A stretch of 63,254 nucleotides of DNA, counting the filler, from Octopus bimaculoides (Eukaryota), in the NCBI RefSeq assembly GCF_001194135.2. It is 5 parts of 4 records of this genome, joined end to end, with 100 filler letters (N's around TTAATTAATTAA, not from the genome) between each part and the next. Parts side by side here need not be neighbours in the genome. Positions count along the whole stretch, not along the records: positions 57,568 to 62,113 come from NC_068990.1; positions 62,214 to 63,254 come from NC_068983.1; 3 more parts are not named here. One strand, given 5' to 3'. The notes under the pieces are model-generated. The model saw only the letters and a program-made list of their open reading frames with translations. It made no database searches and was not told where the DNA came from. A program made the translations under genes and the position numbers. Shown piece after piece: positions 62,076 to 63,254 of the stretch (position 1 is the first letter of the stretch; every line of letters begins with the position of its first letter).

Positions 62076-62113
62076 TGAGAGAGGTAGGGAGAGAGAGAGA
62101 GAGAGAGAGAGAG

Positions 62114-62213
62114 NNNNNNNNNNNNNNNNNNNNNNNNNNNNNNNNNNNNNNNNNNNNTTAATTAATTAANNNNNNNNNNNNNNNNNNNNNNNNNNNNNNN
62201 NNNNNNNNNNNNN
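62114..62213. other. Synthetic scaffold joint (44 N + TTAATTAATTAA + 44 N)
   Basis: Identical 100-bp structure. Confidence 0.95.
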
Positions 62214-62249
<36 letters not shown>

Positions 62250-62428
62250 TATATACGCACATATATGCACATACTTACATATATATGTATATACATATGC
62301 ATATATAGGTACAGGACGTTATAGAACGTAAACAACAGGAAATACGAATACATGGAATATGAACTTTTTTGCAAACAACGAAAGAAACAAATGGAAAAAA
62401 GACAAATAACATTAAGAATGACCCTTCA

Positions 62429-62539
62429 TCAGTTATTGGCTGTTTTATCTACTGCGCATTTCCAGTAATTACGACAAGGCACACCTTCGTCAAAGCAGTT
62501 GCTCTCGCAAAGCAAATTAAATCAAATTTAGAATTTGTG
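62429..62539 (+). promoter_or_regulatory. Candidate transcription start (Inr-like TCAGTT) and non-coding first exon
   Basis: TCAGTT at 62429-34; repeat-free, CpG-retaining sequence with no ATG; strong donor TG|GTGAGT at 62540. An alternative acceptor, tttccag, ends at 62465. Confidence 0.35.
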
Positions 62540-62703
62540 GTGAGTCAAAGTGTTAACAAAAACAGGACAGTAAAAACAAACAGTAAGAGCAGCTAAGCCA
62601 TAACGAAGTTAGGTGGCGAACGCTGGAGGAACAAGCTTTGACAACGTCTTAGCTCTGTAGCTGATTGAAAAGAAAGAAAGAAACCCAATTTAGGAAAAGA
62701 AAA

Positions 62704-62720
62704 ATGGCGGATGGTCACGT
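62704..62720 (+). CDS. Candidate first coding exon portion (MADGHV..., phase 2) of an unidentified gene
   Basis: Acceptor ...gtcttagctctgtag| at 62660, then AAAATGGCGG (Kozak/YY1-like), ATG GCG GAT GGT CAC GT, and donor |GTGAGC at 62721. It is the first ATG of the predicted spliced transcript. Confidence 0.35.
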
Positions 62721-62779
62721 GTGAGCAGTGTTAGCAACGAGAGTGTAAAGGAAGAAGAAAGAAGAAGAAAGAGGGACAG

Positions 62780-62810
<31 letters not shown>

Positions 62811-63254
62811 TGTGCGTTTGCGTATATATATATAAATATGTATATATGTATGTATATAAGATTATTTGTGTGTGTATGTGTGAAAATGTTGAATTATATT
62901 TCATCCTTTAATTTGGAAGGTTTCAAAAAAGGCGATTTCTAACAAAAATTCTTCATATTTTTCTGGTAGCTTACTGGCGTAAGTTTTTGCGAATATGAAA
63001 AATACTATGTGTATATGGTATGTTATAAGAATTTTATGGAAAGGTATCTCATAGAACTCAAAAAAATTGTTTAAAATGGAGAAGAGAAGATGCTGAAATT
63101 TAAAGAATTTTAATACATGCATACGATCGTTTCAAACAGTGATGTTAATATGTAAATTCATGGTAGAATAATTAAAATAATTTGGTTAAATTGAATTAAT
63201 TACATATCACTAATTTCCTCAGTGCAAGAAGTAGAAACAAACAATGTATATATA

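Overview
Eukaryotic, repeat-dense, largely intronic or intergenic animal DNA. It is most likely an Octopus (coleoid cephalopod) assembly, inferred from its tRNA-derived SINEs, RTE/CR1/Tx1 LINEs, Penelope-like elements (PLEs) and extreme microsatellite load. Four identical synthetic 100-bp joints (44 N + TTAATTAATTAA + 44 N) split the window into five independently assembled pieces. The only confident host coding sequence is one 79-bp leucine-rich-repeat exon of a Scribble/LAP-family gene (14471-14549, +). It lies in a strongly CpG-depleted first piece (1-29916) packed with decayed LINEs and Tc1/mariner elements. A candidate 5' end of a second gene (Inr-like site, UTR exon, then an ATG exon encoding MADGHV) lies at 62429-62726. 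The most interesting hidden signal is a set of minimal type-I hammerhead ribozyme (HHR) motifs from several PLE or retrozyme-like families. These include a ~360-nt tandem HHR unit (11.1-11.8 kb) and a copy in which a 5-nt duplication appears to turn a dimer-dependent helix III into a self-sufficient hairpin (52620-52672). PLE-associated HHRs are a known class, so any novelty lies in these particular variants and arrangements. Other notable structures are an RTE LINE with twin-priming-type 5' inversion, template-switch duplications and nested transposons. No CRISPR, rRNA or genuine tRNA genes were found. All alignments and counts were done by eye, and the boundaries of decayed elements are approximate.
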